This document shows, piece after piece, positions 33,935 to 45,221 of a stretch of 64,000 nucleotides of DNA. Both the position numbers and the translations under genes were made by a program. Under the pieces are notes generated by a model. It ran no database searches and was not told the DNA's origin. It was given only the letters and a program-made list of their open reading frames with translations. Within the stretch, counting starts at the first letter, position 1. Every line of letters starts with the position of its first letter. Source of the stretch: Cyanophora paradoxa CCMP329 (taxonomy: Eukaryota > Plantae > Glaucophyta); NCBI GenBank assembly GCA_004431415.1, contig QPMI01000468.1, positions 62,001 to 126,000 of the forward strand, read 5' to 3'.

Positions 33935-36900
33935 AGGGGGGGGGGGGGGGGGGGGGAATGAGCTCCGTCGTCGTTGACTCTGGTACCTTGCTCAGGTGAC
34001 CCGCCGACGCCGAGGCTGCTGAGACCGAGGGCGGTCCTGGCCGAGCGGGCGGAGGGGCACCATCCGCAGCCTCCCGTCATGGGCGCCCCGGGGCTCCAGA
34101 TCCGAGGCCCGCGGGACGCGCCCGTGACGCTCCTGCGGCCGGCGAGGGACGCGCCCGAGGCGCGGCCGGCGGCGCTGGCGCCGGTCCAGGTCCCGCAGCT
34201 CCAGGCGCAGCTGCAGTGGGACCCGGCGGTCGACCGGCCTGCACTGCTCCGGTCCGACGCTCCGCTCGGCGGCGCCGGCGGCGCCGGCGGTGGGAGGCCG
34301 GCGCAGGTGCCGGCCGCCGAGCTCGTGCGGGCGATGCAGCAGGCCGCCGCCGCGGCGCCGCCGAGCATGCTGCGGCCCTCGGCGGCGAACCTGCCGCCCG
34401 CCCCTTTCTCCGACTTCGCACTGGACCCGAGGCGCCTCGCTGACGCCTCCGAAGAGGAGGAGGTCGAGGCGGGGGTCGTCCCTCCCTCCGCTGCCGCCCA
34501 GCACGCGGCAGCGGCGGCGGCGGCGGAGGCGGGGGCCAAGCCCGCGCGGGCGGCCCCAGCGCCGCCGCAAGCGCGCCTCCAGGAGCGCGCTGACGGCGCT
34601 GGCGAGGAGCCACCTGCTGCTGCCCGCCGCCTCCGAGGCCACGCCGGCCCCACGCCCAAGCAGCAGCCGCGGGAGAGGCCGGCCGGCGAGCCGCGCCCGA
34701 CGGACGAGCCGCCGCCGCGGCTGCAGACCCCCAGCGTCTCACCGCTGCCTTCGAGGCGGAGGCGCCCCGGCGCCGGCGCCGGTGGGCGAGGCCCCGCGCC
34801 CGCCGGCGTCCCCGGCGGCCCGCGGCGCGCCCGAGCAAGAGGAGGACGAGCGGGCCGCCGAGGATCGCCACAGTCATCGGCAGCAGCAGCAGCAGCAAGA
34901 AGAAAGTGAAGAAGAAGAGGGGGAGGGGCGTTTCCGAGGGGCGCACGCGCCGGGGGGCGTGGACCTCGCGGGGCACCTCTCGGACCTGAAGGGCCTCCAG
35001 CGGGAGCAGATCCGCCTCCTCCAGCTCCAGCTCGAGCTCGCCGCGGGGCGCGCGGCGGCCCCGGCCCCGGCGTCGGCGTCGGCGCCGGCCGCTCCGCCGG
35101 CCCCGCGCGAGCCGGCGCCTCGGGAGGAGGCGGGGGGCAAGAAGCAGCGGCAGCACCCGGCCCCCATCGCCGCCGTCCTCGGTGCGTGCGGCCGCCCCGC
35201 TCCTCCGCTCACCGCCGCGCCGCTCCTCCCTTTCCCCCGCCCGCGGCTGTCGCCCGCTGAAGGCGCTGGCTCTTGATAGCCTGCTCGACCGCCACACCTA
35301 AGCCGCCTTAGGCTATCTCTCCTCCCTCCCCTCCGCCTCCGCCTCCGCCTCCCCGGCCGTCGCCCTCTGAGAGCAGGCATTCGGTTCGGCCGCAGACGCG
35401 GCCCGCGAGCGCTGGAAGCGGATCGCGAGGGACGGCGAGCGGGGGCCCCCGGAGGAGGAGCCGGAGCCGGAGGGTCCGGCGAGCGATGCGCGGGAGTGCG
35501 AGCCGCCGCTTCTCCTCCTCCCGCTGGAGGAGCTGGTCCAGCAGCAGCACCAGCCCCAGCCCGCGGCGGAACCGCCGCCGCCCCCGCCTCCGCCGCCTCC
35601 GGGCGCCGGCGCCGCATTCCTCCAGCTGCGCGACCTGCACCTCGCCGGCGGTGCGGAGGGGGAAGAGGTCGGCGCCGTGGCCTCCGCGCCCCTCGACGCC
35701 GCCGCGGCGCTGGCGGTGCCCCCGGCGCTGGCCGCCATGCCCCTACAGCACTTCCCCGTGCGCTCGTTCGCCCCTTCCTTGTTTGAGCGGCCGCCCGCTG
35801 ATCACCGAAGATCAGGAAGCAAGAACGCAAGGGGGCGACGGCCGGTTCTCCTTGGAGGAGGGGGCCGCGTTCCCCCCGCCGGAGCAGCTGCTGCCGCTCC
35901 GGCAGCAGGCGGCCTACCTCGACGTCGAGCAGCGGTGCGCCCCGGGCTTTCCCCCCGCCTTGAGCTTAATCTTTTCTTGAGCTCTCAAGCTTTTCATGAG
36001 CCTTGACGATTTTCGTGAGCTTTCAAGCATTTCTTAGGCTTTGAGCTTTTCTTAAGCTTTCATGCTTAAGCTCGAGCCATCCGCCTCGAGTTGTAGCTTA
36101 CGGCGGGTGCGCTCGCCGGGGCGCGGGCGCAGGTTCGAGACGTGGCGGGTGCACCAGCGGCTGCAGCGGCAGCAGGACGACAAGCAGTCGGTCGTCAGGG
36201 CGCTCGCCGGTGCGCCCGCCGCCCCGTTTCGCGCACATCTGGCGGCCTGCAGCAGTATTCTGCGATCTGCGAGTTATGCACCCTGCGTCTCCTTCTCTTC
36301 TTAGGCCTTTTTCTTATCAAACCCCTCGCCTCTGCGCCCCCTCCTTCTCTTCTGAGCCGCCCCCCCCCCCCCCCCCCCCCCCCCCTCCCTCAGACATGGA
36401 CGCGCGGCTGCGGGAGATCGAGCGCATGTCCGACGCCGTCGACGGCTCCCTCGCCGAGATGCGCTCCCGCCCGACGGGCCCAGCATTCCTCCTGGAGCCG
36501 GCCGGGGCCAAGAAGAAGGGCGAGGGGGCAGAGCTGGCCCCGGTTCGCTGATCCCTTTCTTCTCCCTTACTTTCCTCCATGTGACAGGGGCACAGGCGGC
36601 CGCGGCGGAGGCGTGCGATGAGAAGGTGCGGGCCGCGCGGGAGCTGCTCCAGCAGGTCGAGCAGGAGGTCGAGGCGAAGCAGCAGCAGCAGAGGAGGCGG
36701 CCGAGGGCGCGCGCGGGGGCCCTGAGGGCCAGCCGCGACTCGGCCCCGCGAGCCTCGGCAGAGGGGCAGGGCCAGGGGCGGCAGCAGAGGGGGCGGTCGC
36801 CCGCCGAAAAAGACCCGGAGGCCCGCGCGCGCAGCAGCGGGGAGGAGCGCCCGGCGGTTCCGCCCGGCCCGCCAGAGGGCGCGGCGCCGCACGCGCACTC

Positions 36901-37079
36901 GAAGCCGAGGCGGTCGTCGGATGCCGTCCTGTACGCCCGGTGAGCCCCCCGCATCCCTCAAGCTTGCTGTGCCCTTGCTCATGAGCGTCTTCTTCAAATC
37001 TAAATTCCGGTGGGTGCGCAGGCTGAAGCAGGCCCTGGCCACGGCTGCCGAGGTCCTTTCTGTGCCGGAGAAAGCGTGA
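26001..37079 (+). CDS. CPLANE1: Ciliogenesis and planar polarity effector 1 (C5orf42/JBTS17) homologue
   Basis: Ordered motifs match the human protein as I recall it: KNRKPWGRL; AGALETGELLLWNRRQD; VISDDGKDVLLL; DGSTLAVVVN; SLWVSDLCW; FSISAHPSEPVVYMCDGY; LWFMKVRDSL; QDVSLSLLAELAP..LAAHFP..LKPKY; EYAQFF. The C-terminal half is low-complexity, so the 3' end is less certain. Confidence 0.8.
26615..26717 (+). ncRNA. Intronic hairpin, candidate miRNA/siRNA precursor
   Basis: Perfect 27-bp inverted repeat (26615-26641 / 26691-26717) inside the unusually long intron 26584-26741. The hairpin is certain; its function is inferred. Confidence 0.5.
27226..27255 (+). repeat. (CAG)10 polyglutamine tract in a CPLANE1 exon
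   Basis: Directly visible. Confidence 0.85.
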
Positions 37080-37421
37080 GGGAGGAGAGTGGGAATCGGG
37101 GACCGCGCTAGTTTTCATAGTGTAGCCGCAGCTTGACAGATTTGGATTTACCTTCCAAGCGAATTTGAAGCCGTAGGGATATTTTCCATGCAATACGTTT
37201 AAGAACACAAGTACACTGCACAGAGACTCGGAGATCTAGAGAGCATTGCACGCTAAATTAGACGTCGACGGGCCACGATATCGATGCCGCAGTGCCATGA
37301 TGCGACTGAATCGCTTCGCCGAGTCGAGACCGCCGGATGCGGAGCCTAGAGTCCATGGCCAGACGTCGACTCTAGGGCCGGTCACCGGGTACCAGTAGGG
37401 CCCGGGGTTGCCGCTTACACT

Positions 37422-38352
37422 CAGCCTGGCAGTGACTTACAAACGACTTACGTAATTATAAGTGACTTCCGAAGTTCACTTGCACTCTACTTCCGGAAGT
37501 TCCACTTACGGCCCCCAAAAACCGACTTACGGCCGTAATTATAAGTCGTAAGTCGCCCTAATTCGGACCCAAAACGATCTAGAAACACTGTAACGGCGTG
37601 TTTCTCGAGCTCGCTCGTTCGGGTTCAGGGCCCGGGGTAAAGTTCTCAAGTACCGTAGTACCGTACAAGTTCTCAAGGATCGGGTTCAGGATCGTTCTCA
37701 CTGAGTCAAGCACCGTGGCACCGAGTCCGAAATATTTTGCAAAATTTTGGGTCCCGTTTTGGCTGACTAAAATTTCTACAACCCTGGCCGGCACCGGCCC
37801 GGCGGATCGACGCCTGTTCGAGAGCGTTTTCGTGCGCAAAAAAGAAAACGCTCCGGATCCGGATTTGAAAAAGATAACGTTCCGGATCTAACAGTAGTAC
37901 AATGAACTATAGTACCTTTTCACCACAGTACCAGGCCAGGCTGGGAAATTGCAACTCTGCGGACGCCGCTTACCTTTTGCTGCCAAATTTTTCATTTGGG
38001 ACCTGCGAACTACGGCTGGTCTGAGCCTGGAGAAGCGAAAAAATGCCACTGGAAACCGTGCCGAATGGTGTATTTGTCTCTTTCATTTATTGAGTAGAAG
38101 AAAAACAAGCGTATCCAGCCCGCGTAGTACTGTGGTTTGGTGTACCCATGGGACCCTTTCGCTGGCGGAAAACGCCAATCGTTTACTACAGCGAGTCGAG
38201 TCAAAAAGCTTCAGTCTGAAACTCGGGCGATTTCGTGATTGATCAATTTAAATCAAATAGGTTGGGTACGTAATAATTGCTTACTACGGCGAGTCGAGTC
38301 AAAAAGTCCCAGTCGGAAACTCGAGCGATTTCGTGATTGGTCAATTTAAATC
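37422..38352. mobile_element. Cluster of non-autonomous DNA-transposon remnants
   Basis: AT-richer non-coding block with repeated GACTTAC motifs in both orientations after CAGCCTGGC (37422), an inverted GCCAGGCTG at 37935-37943, a 10-bp hairpin at 37822-37853 and a ~72-bp duplication (38183/38281). No TSD found. Confidence 0.4.
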
Positions 38353-39677
38353 CATGGACTTATATATATATATATAGCTCACAGCTCGTTTTTTTTTAAC
38401 CGGTCGACCCAAGTTCACCCAACACGGCTGAAAACCGGTTAAAATGAAATCGCTCTTCGGCTACATGGGTTGGCTGGGAACGCGGGCTAGCCCGGCTAGC
38501 ACTTATCTACCCGGAAGCTTGCCGGCTATACGCTGACATTGGCGCACTAGCCGGCTCGAAGCGGGTGAAAAGTTATCGCGATCGCCGGCTGCCCTAGGCC
38601 TTGCCCATACGTATACAACGGGCATGTCGAGTCGATTGGGCCGGGAAAACAAAACGAGCTGTGCTGTACGGTCTGTACCCAGCTAGCAAGCGGGGGGGGT
38701 GCGGGGGGGGCGGAGCCCCCCCTGCTTGTGAAAAAGTGATGTGAGCTTTTGCCAAGTTGCCAAGTCGGAAACTTGGAGCCGTGGAAGACTGAAGGCGTGG
38801 AGCCTCGAAGCCAGCAGTCGGAGCCCTCGGAGGCTGCCGCAGTGCATGCCATATGCATGATGCCCGTGGCGCCGTTGCGCCGGCGCAAGCGGCGCCCGGG
38901 CAATTTGGCCGCATTAATCTTCCCCCCCGACCACCCCCGCGTCGCCTCGGCGCGCGCCGCCGCCGACGCTGCCGCCGGGTCCTCGCCGTACCCCTCGAGC
39001 TCCCCCAAGGCCGCCCGCAGCCCGCCGCCGTCTCTCCTTTAAATTTTGCATTGCGGGCGGGCATGCTCCGGCGCAGCGCTAGCTATAGCGGCGCTCCGCG
39101 AATCCCCAGACCCCGGCTACCGTTAGTAGACGACTCTTTGACGACGACGACGCTAGCGGAGCCCGGCGCTTGCTAGCTATACAGCTAGCGCTGCAGCTAG
39201 CTATATAGCTAGCAAGCGCGCTCGAGCTTATGATGATCATTCTATGCATATGGGGACTCTGGGGAGGCCCGGCCTACCTACAGGCGGCTAGGCGAGCGAG
39301 CGTGCGCGACTAGTACTCTGCGCGAGCGATGTAATTTAATTTGGAAGCTTGAAGGCTGGAACGCGGCCGCTCGCGCCGGAAATCGAGCTCCGGCGCGGGG
39401 CGCCGCTGTATATAGCTAGAGGCCTAGGCCTAAAAGCTTGATCTTAAAAGCCCCGGCCCCGGCCAGGCCTGCACATACGCATGCGGCTGTGCGCTAGCCG
39501 CTGAGCCTGTGCGCTAGCATGCGGGCTGATGTGCGCGCTGGTATGGGTTCTTTGAAATTCAGGGTCCGTCGGTGCGGTCTGCTAGCTGCCCAGCCGATCG
39601 CACCGGTCTAAGAGGGGCCCAGCCGATCGCACCGGTCGGGGGATAAACTTTCACGCCACCGTACGGGTACGTATACA

Positions 39678-40849
39678 TTACGTCGAGCTTGAGGCCGCGT
39701 AGGCGTCGACGCAGTCACCGTCCTCCATCCCGAGCGAAGAAGCGGTTTGGCCTTCTTCAAGAGCCTGCGAGAAGGAAGATCAGATAAATGCCTTGGAAGA
39801 GCGCGGCAAGCGCCGAGTTCCTGAAGAACAGCGGTTTTAAAAGGGCCTCGGTAGCATTGTAATTCAGTGAAAATCGATTTATGATACCTATTCGATGTCG
39901 AGCCGCGGGCATAAACGGCGATGGGCTAGATGCCGACGACGAACCAAGCCATCAAAAGTCAATTTGACAGACGAAGGGCTCACGCCGCGTTTCCTTGCGT
40001 ATGCCGCTCGGAGCTTCTCGAGCAACCGGTCGGTCTGGGCGCGGCGCCGGCGTGCGATAAGCTTTTCAAACAGACAAGAGTTAAAGAATGACGGAGCGCA
40101 CTGTCTTGACCTTGAAAGGCATCTCGCCGCTACTGTCCTTGACCTGCACACGTCGAACGCGGTCAGCGTGCGCACTACGACCGCGGAGGACAACCCCAGA
40201 GGACCTTGATTGTGACTCTTGGCACGTCCCGTTCGTTGTCGCTGTCGCGCGCGTCGTCGCCGTCGAGTACGATGCAAGCGTCGGTCGCCGGCGTGGGCTC
40301 CTTCGGCGGCTGCCGCGGACGGCTGGCTCCGGCGCCATCCTGATCGAAAGACGCGACACGCGCTTTCAATCTCGAGAGCAAGCTGTCCTGTACTTCAGCT
40401 TTCTCGACTCTGCGCTTCCTTCCCCGTTTGGACGGTGTTCCAGGACTGGCGCTGGCTGCGCTCGGGCTGCTGACGAGGCCACCGGGGCTGCTGGCGCCTT
40501 GCCGCTTAGCCCTGGAGCGGGTGGTCACGCCGGGCGAGGATGAGGCTGCCGCACGCGCATCCACCGGCGCTGGCTCGCTGCACGTTGCCTGCGGCTGAGG
40601 CCGCGGCCGCGGGGCTGCGGCCGGCTTCTTGGTGGCCACTGACGGCTCCTCGTCGCTGCTGGAATCGTACTTCTTCTGCGCGATACTTCAGCGTGCGTGA
40701 GCGTACGCGCGAGGTAATGGTCCACGCACGGGCATCGGTCGCCGCGAGCCGCTGTTGTCATCGTCATCGCTGTCGGAGTCCTCGGGCGGCTTCCGCAGTG
40801 AGGCAAGCTTCTCAAGCTTCGAGCGGGCGACCGACAACGCCGCTGACAT
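39678..40849 (-). CDS. SUMO-like domain protein (Rad60/Esc2/NIP45-type architecture)
   Basis: Disordered N-terminus, then spliced VTIKVKDSSGEMPFKVKTTDRLLEKLRAAYARKRGVSPSSVKLTFDGLALEEGQTASSLGMEDGDCVDA. No C-terminal di-Gly. Confidence 0.75.
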
Positions 40850-41227
40850 GTCAGGCTGCTGGAGCGGGCTACTCTGGCGACGCGCTGAGGGCTAATCCGG
40901 CGTGTGCAGCTTCCAGCTGACGATTTGGACGAATTCGAAGGCTCTGGCGTGCGGGCGAAAGGGCTGCGAAGTTCGAACTTGACTGTTTTGACACGGGTCC
41001 GGGGTACAAATGCTCTGCCCGGGTACACGTCTCACGCCGCTGCTTCCCGACCTCTGCCCGCAGCCTAGCAACGTTGACACTGCACATTTCCACCGCCTAG
41101 CAGGCGCTGTTTCGCGGACCAGCCCTACGGACAGCTCCGAATTCAAATCGAGGCGCGCCCACAGCTGAGCAGCAGCGGGCCGATACCTGCTTTCCACAGC
41201 ATCGGCCTTGCTGCGCCGTAGGAGCTC

Positions 41228-41952
41228 ATGGAGCTCCCTGCGAGCCAAGGCCGCGGCTACGCGTTCAAGATGGCGTCCGCGTACCTGGCCATCCTTGCGG
41301 ACCTGGTTCTGAACTGCGTCATAGACCCGCCCTTCACAAGCTTCGTTGGAATGATAGCTCTGTTTACGTGCGGCCCCTTCTGCGATCGGCCTCGTGGGGC
41401 GCCGCCCTGACAGAGCGCAGCGTTCACGGCGTAGTCGTCTTCGCCTCAGCCATCGTCATGTACATTCTGTTCATCGACACGCCCTTGCTTCAAGCCGGCC
41501 TGTTTGGGCTCTGGTTCCGCGAGTTCCGCTGGCTGTTCATCACTACGTTTTCACACATCGTCTTCACCATCGCGCTCCGCGGCTATAGACTCGTGCGCGC
41601 CCGTGCTGGCGCCGACCCGAGGCCCCGCCTCAGTACCGCTGGACGCTCACGCTCTGCGCAGGTTGCCATCGCGGACTACTGGCCTTTCCTGTTCGTGTGG
41701 AACATGCCGTTCTACTACATCCTGTATATGCTGCAGAAACTTAGTGCGCACTTTCAAGCGGCTCTCTCTTGAATTTTGCCTCACTGCATATTTCGCGAAG
41801 TTGCTGCCGCGTACTACGTGGTCTATTTCCGCACGACCTTCGAACTGGTGAGCTCTGAACACTCCCCGAGCCGTTTTTTCCCAATTCTTAAGCGCATCGG
41901 ACAGCAATCAGACGTGGTGATCAACCCGATCGTCAAGCTAAGGAGCGTGTAA
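41228..41952 (+). CDS. TMEM138: Transmembrane protein 138 (ciliary, JBTS16) homologue
   Basis: Four hydrophobic segments with ILADLVLN, LFIDTPLLQAGLFGLWFREF, LYMLQKL..AYYVVYFRT, matching the remembered family motifs (FxxTxxxQAGL, QRL, YxRT). Confidence 0.8.
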
Positions 41953-42488
41953 CTTAAGAATTTTCGGGAGCTTTGCAAGCAACGGCAACCTCGTCTCAAA
42001 TACCGAGTGCGAATCCTGGCCGACCCTTGCCCTCGCAAAAGCCTGACCGCTCCCCGCAGCGCTGGCGCGGCCCAAAGATATCGCGGCTGCGAACAAGACT
42101 GCGAGACGGGCGTGGCTCAGGGCCACCGCAGAGCCGAAGGTCGCATCGATCGATGCTCTTCCTCCCAGCATCAGCCCCTCGAGCTCGCCGGCGCTAGAGC
42201 GTCCGATTGTGGAGGGCGCGGGTTCCGGGCCCCTCCTCCGTCCAAACCCCCGCTGCTCTTCTGCGTTCAGACCCACATCTCTGAACTTATGCGAAAGTCT
42301 GAACATAAGCGTTGAAAAATGATGATGGCGGCAGTTACAACTAATAGCGTCCTACATGTATGTTCTCCTGTGATCAAAGCCAAAAGCATGCAAAGAGTAT
42401 TGTAGGAAAATGAAAAGGTTTAGAGATGGAGCGCCGGGTAAGAGGCGGGGGCGGGGGGGCGGGGGCGGGGGGGACGCCAGGGTCATGA

Positions 42489-44853
42489 TCAGCGGTAGCC
42501 CGGGGCGGCGACGATGCGGGCATTTTGGGGCAGGCGCGGCGCGAAGACGCGGATGACGTCCGTGAGGGAGAGTACCCCCAGCGGCTCCCCTGCGGCCGGC
42601 CCCTCAGGTGAGCCGAGCCGACCCGAGGCGGGCCGAGGCGAGGAGAGGCAAGGCGTGCGCGCCTGTGGGGGAGACGACCCAGATGCGGTGGAGGTGCTGC
42701 TGCAGCATGATCTGCAGGGCCTCCCGGATGGTGGTCCTGTCCCCGCACGCCACCGGCTGCCGGATGGCGCCCCACGCCTGCAGGCCCGGCGGTCAGGCGC
42801 GCGCGCGCGCGCGCCCTCGGCCGGGGCGGGGCGGGGCGGGGCGGGCCTTGTTGAGGAAGAAGGTGACGGGGTAGTTGAGGTTGCCGATGGTCTCCTTGTC
42901 GACCTTGCGCAGGTCCGACGCGGACAGGTTCGCCACCTGCGTGCGCACCGGCCCGCCCGCCCGCCCGTCGGCCCCGGAGCCGAAGCGGGCGCCCGCGGCG
43001 GCGGCGCGCACGAGCTTCTTGGTGTCCTCGTCGATGACGCCTACCGCGCGGATGTTCTTGTCTGCGTCCGGCCGGCCGGGGGCGTCAGAGGCGCCGCGGG
43101 CGCCGCTAGCGCCCGGCGCCAGGGCGGACGGACCGTGCATGACGCGGAAGCCTTCGATCGCGCGGTCCCGCGACCGGATGCAGAACGGGTTCTTCGTCGA
43201 CGCCTCGACTGCCGCGGGCGCGTGAGCCGCCCGAACAAAGGCGGCGGGAGGCGTGTGAGCCGCCCGGACGAAGGACGGGGCGGCGCACATGCGGTACACC
43301 TGTCCATGTGCTCCGGCAGCGCATTGGCGTTGGCGATGAGGTACCGCGCGACTGCGGCGCGGCTCGACCGGAGGGCGGCCGACAGGCGGGCGGGCGGGCG
43401 GGCGGGCGGGGCGCACTGTCGGTCTGGCTGACCATGCGCGTCGGCCGCGCGACCGACGCCTCGTCGGCGTCGGGCGGGCCGTAGCGGACCATCGCCCGGT
43501 GCGCCCCCTGCGCGCCGCGGCTGAGCCGGGGGCCGGGCCGGGGCGGGGCAGGGGCGGAGGCGGGGGCGGTGGCGCACGGTGGCGAAGGCGCGCACGACGT
43601 CCGCGAGCAGATCGTGGGCCTCGCACTGCGCGCCCCGCGGCTAAGCGGTGGGGTTGGGGGCGGGGGCGGGGGCGGGGCGGACCATCCAGAGGGTGGGGCC
43701 CCGAGCCGTGGACTCCATTGCCTTGCGCACGGGCAGCTTGAGGAACTCCGAGCTGCGCCGCAGCCGCCGCCGTTCGGCCCGGCCCGGGGCCCGGGGCCCG
43801 GGGCCCGGAAAGGAGGCGGGCGGACGCACTTCTCCTTAAGCATCTTCTTGATGGAGGCCTCCGAGAGGTCGCCACCCTGCCGGACGCCGCTCGGCGCGCG
43901 CCAGACGGGCGCGGGCGGGCGGGCGGGGGGCGGGCGGGCGCACGCGGGAGGAGGAGGGGTCGGCGAGCGGGTGGATCATGGCGAACGCGAGGAGGTCGTG
44001 GATCGAGACGATTCCCACGTAGCGCTTCCTCTTCTTTCCGCCGAGCCCCATGAAGCCGCCCTGCCGGCGCCGCTCGCCGCCCGCCCGCGCCGACGGGCAT
44101 CCCCGGGGACCGGGCCGCACGCACCGCCGTAGACTCGTCATACACCGCCAGCGCGTGGATCTTGTGCTCGTCTGCGCGCCGGCGCTCGGCGCGGGGCGGC
44201 GCGCCCGGCGGCGCACGGTCGGCGCGGCCGCGCACCCAACGTCTTGAGCGCGGTCTGCACGGAGCTATCCTGCCTGACCTCCACGAGGCTGCACAGGGCG
44301 GCGGCGCGATAAGGAGCCGCCCGCGAGTTCGGCGCTCGCGGTCCGGCAATGCGACGCCGGGCACAAACGCGCGCACCTCCCGGGCTTCACAGTGCCAACG
44401 GTCGGGGAGTCCAGCAGCGCGTTCACAGTTTTCCCTGAGGTGCATTGTCAGCCGGAGGACCCGAGACGCTGCCGTGAGAGCAATCGTGCCTTCGAAAAAG
44501 AGCCCGAGTTGCGAGTCGTCTCCGAAGGAGCGCGAGTTCCCGAGGATGCAAAAGCTAGCGGGCGAGCGGGCGCGACCCTCTCGATCAGCATTAGGACAGA
44601 TCGAGCGGGCCGCGTCACTGACCTCTCGTTTACACCTGGGCGTAGAGACGTTAAAGCAATCGAGGGACAGTGTTAGACGCCTGGCGAGTCAGTGGCGACG
44701 GCCAGGGCGGGGCCAACAAACATTCTGCAAGCGTGTCAGCGCCATCGAGCCGGCATAAGAGGCCAATGACGCACGATCGAGGGACTTCCTGCTCGATATA
44801 ACGAGCTTCCCGCCGCCAGGGATTTGCGCCCTGGCTGCTGGAGAGTCCGACAT
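42489..44853 (-). CDS. Tandem CBS-domain protein (AMPK-gamma/Sds23-like)
   Basis: Spliced motifs VQTALKTLDEHKIHALAVYD, YVGIVSIHDLL, AIEGFRVMHDKNIRAVGVID, VANLSASDLR, LHRIWVV, PLGVLSLTDVI. The start codon is approximate. Confidence 0.8.
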
Positions 44854-45221
44854 CCTGATCTACGCCGAACGCCGAGATAGTATGCGAATAGGAACCGCTC
44901 ACACTTCTCTACCTGCAGGTTCGCAACGGAACAACCCACGGCGCCCCTGCGGACTGGGCAGTGGCAGCGGCAGGCCGCCTCGCCGGGGGGTACAAGGTAT
45001 CCTGTCTTCGCTGGTCGGAGGTGGCCGTCGCTCCCGGGCGCTTTCGTTGAAAACGTTCAGTCAAGCTTAGTCGCATTCGCTAGCGGCGATCTTAACCACC
45101 CCCCAGCCGACCGCCAGCTTGAGCGTGCTGAAGGAGCGCGTGGTGTCTCTGCGGTCGTCTAGCCGTCTAGATTCTCGGTATTTTTCAGCGCCGTTCAGCT
45201 GCTCGAGCTGTCCGGGCGAGG

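Noticed and set aside
33936-33957. Long G/C homopolymers (also ~10702, ~21280, ~36360) as G-quadruplex elements or programmed frameshifts
   Set aside because: They lie mostly in intronic or non-coding low-complexity DNA, and homopolymer lengths are error-prone in assemblies.
37422-37943. A single intact hAT-type MITE bounded by CAGCCTGGC/GCCAGGCTG
   Set aside because: The 9-bp inverted match has no flanking TSD and the interior looks composite. Kept only as a remnant cluster.
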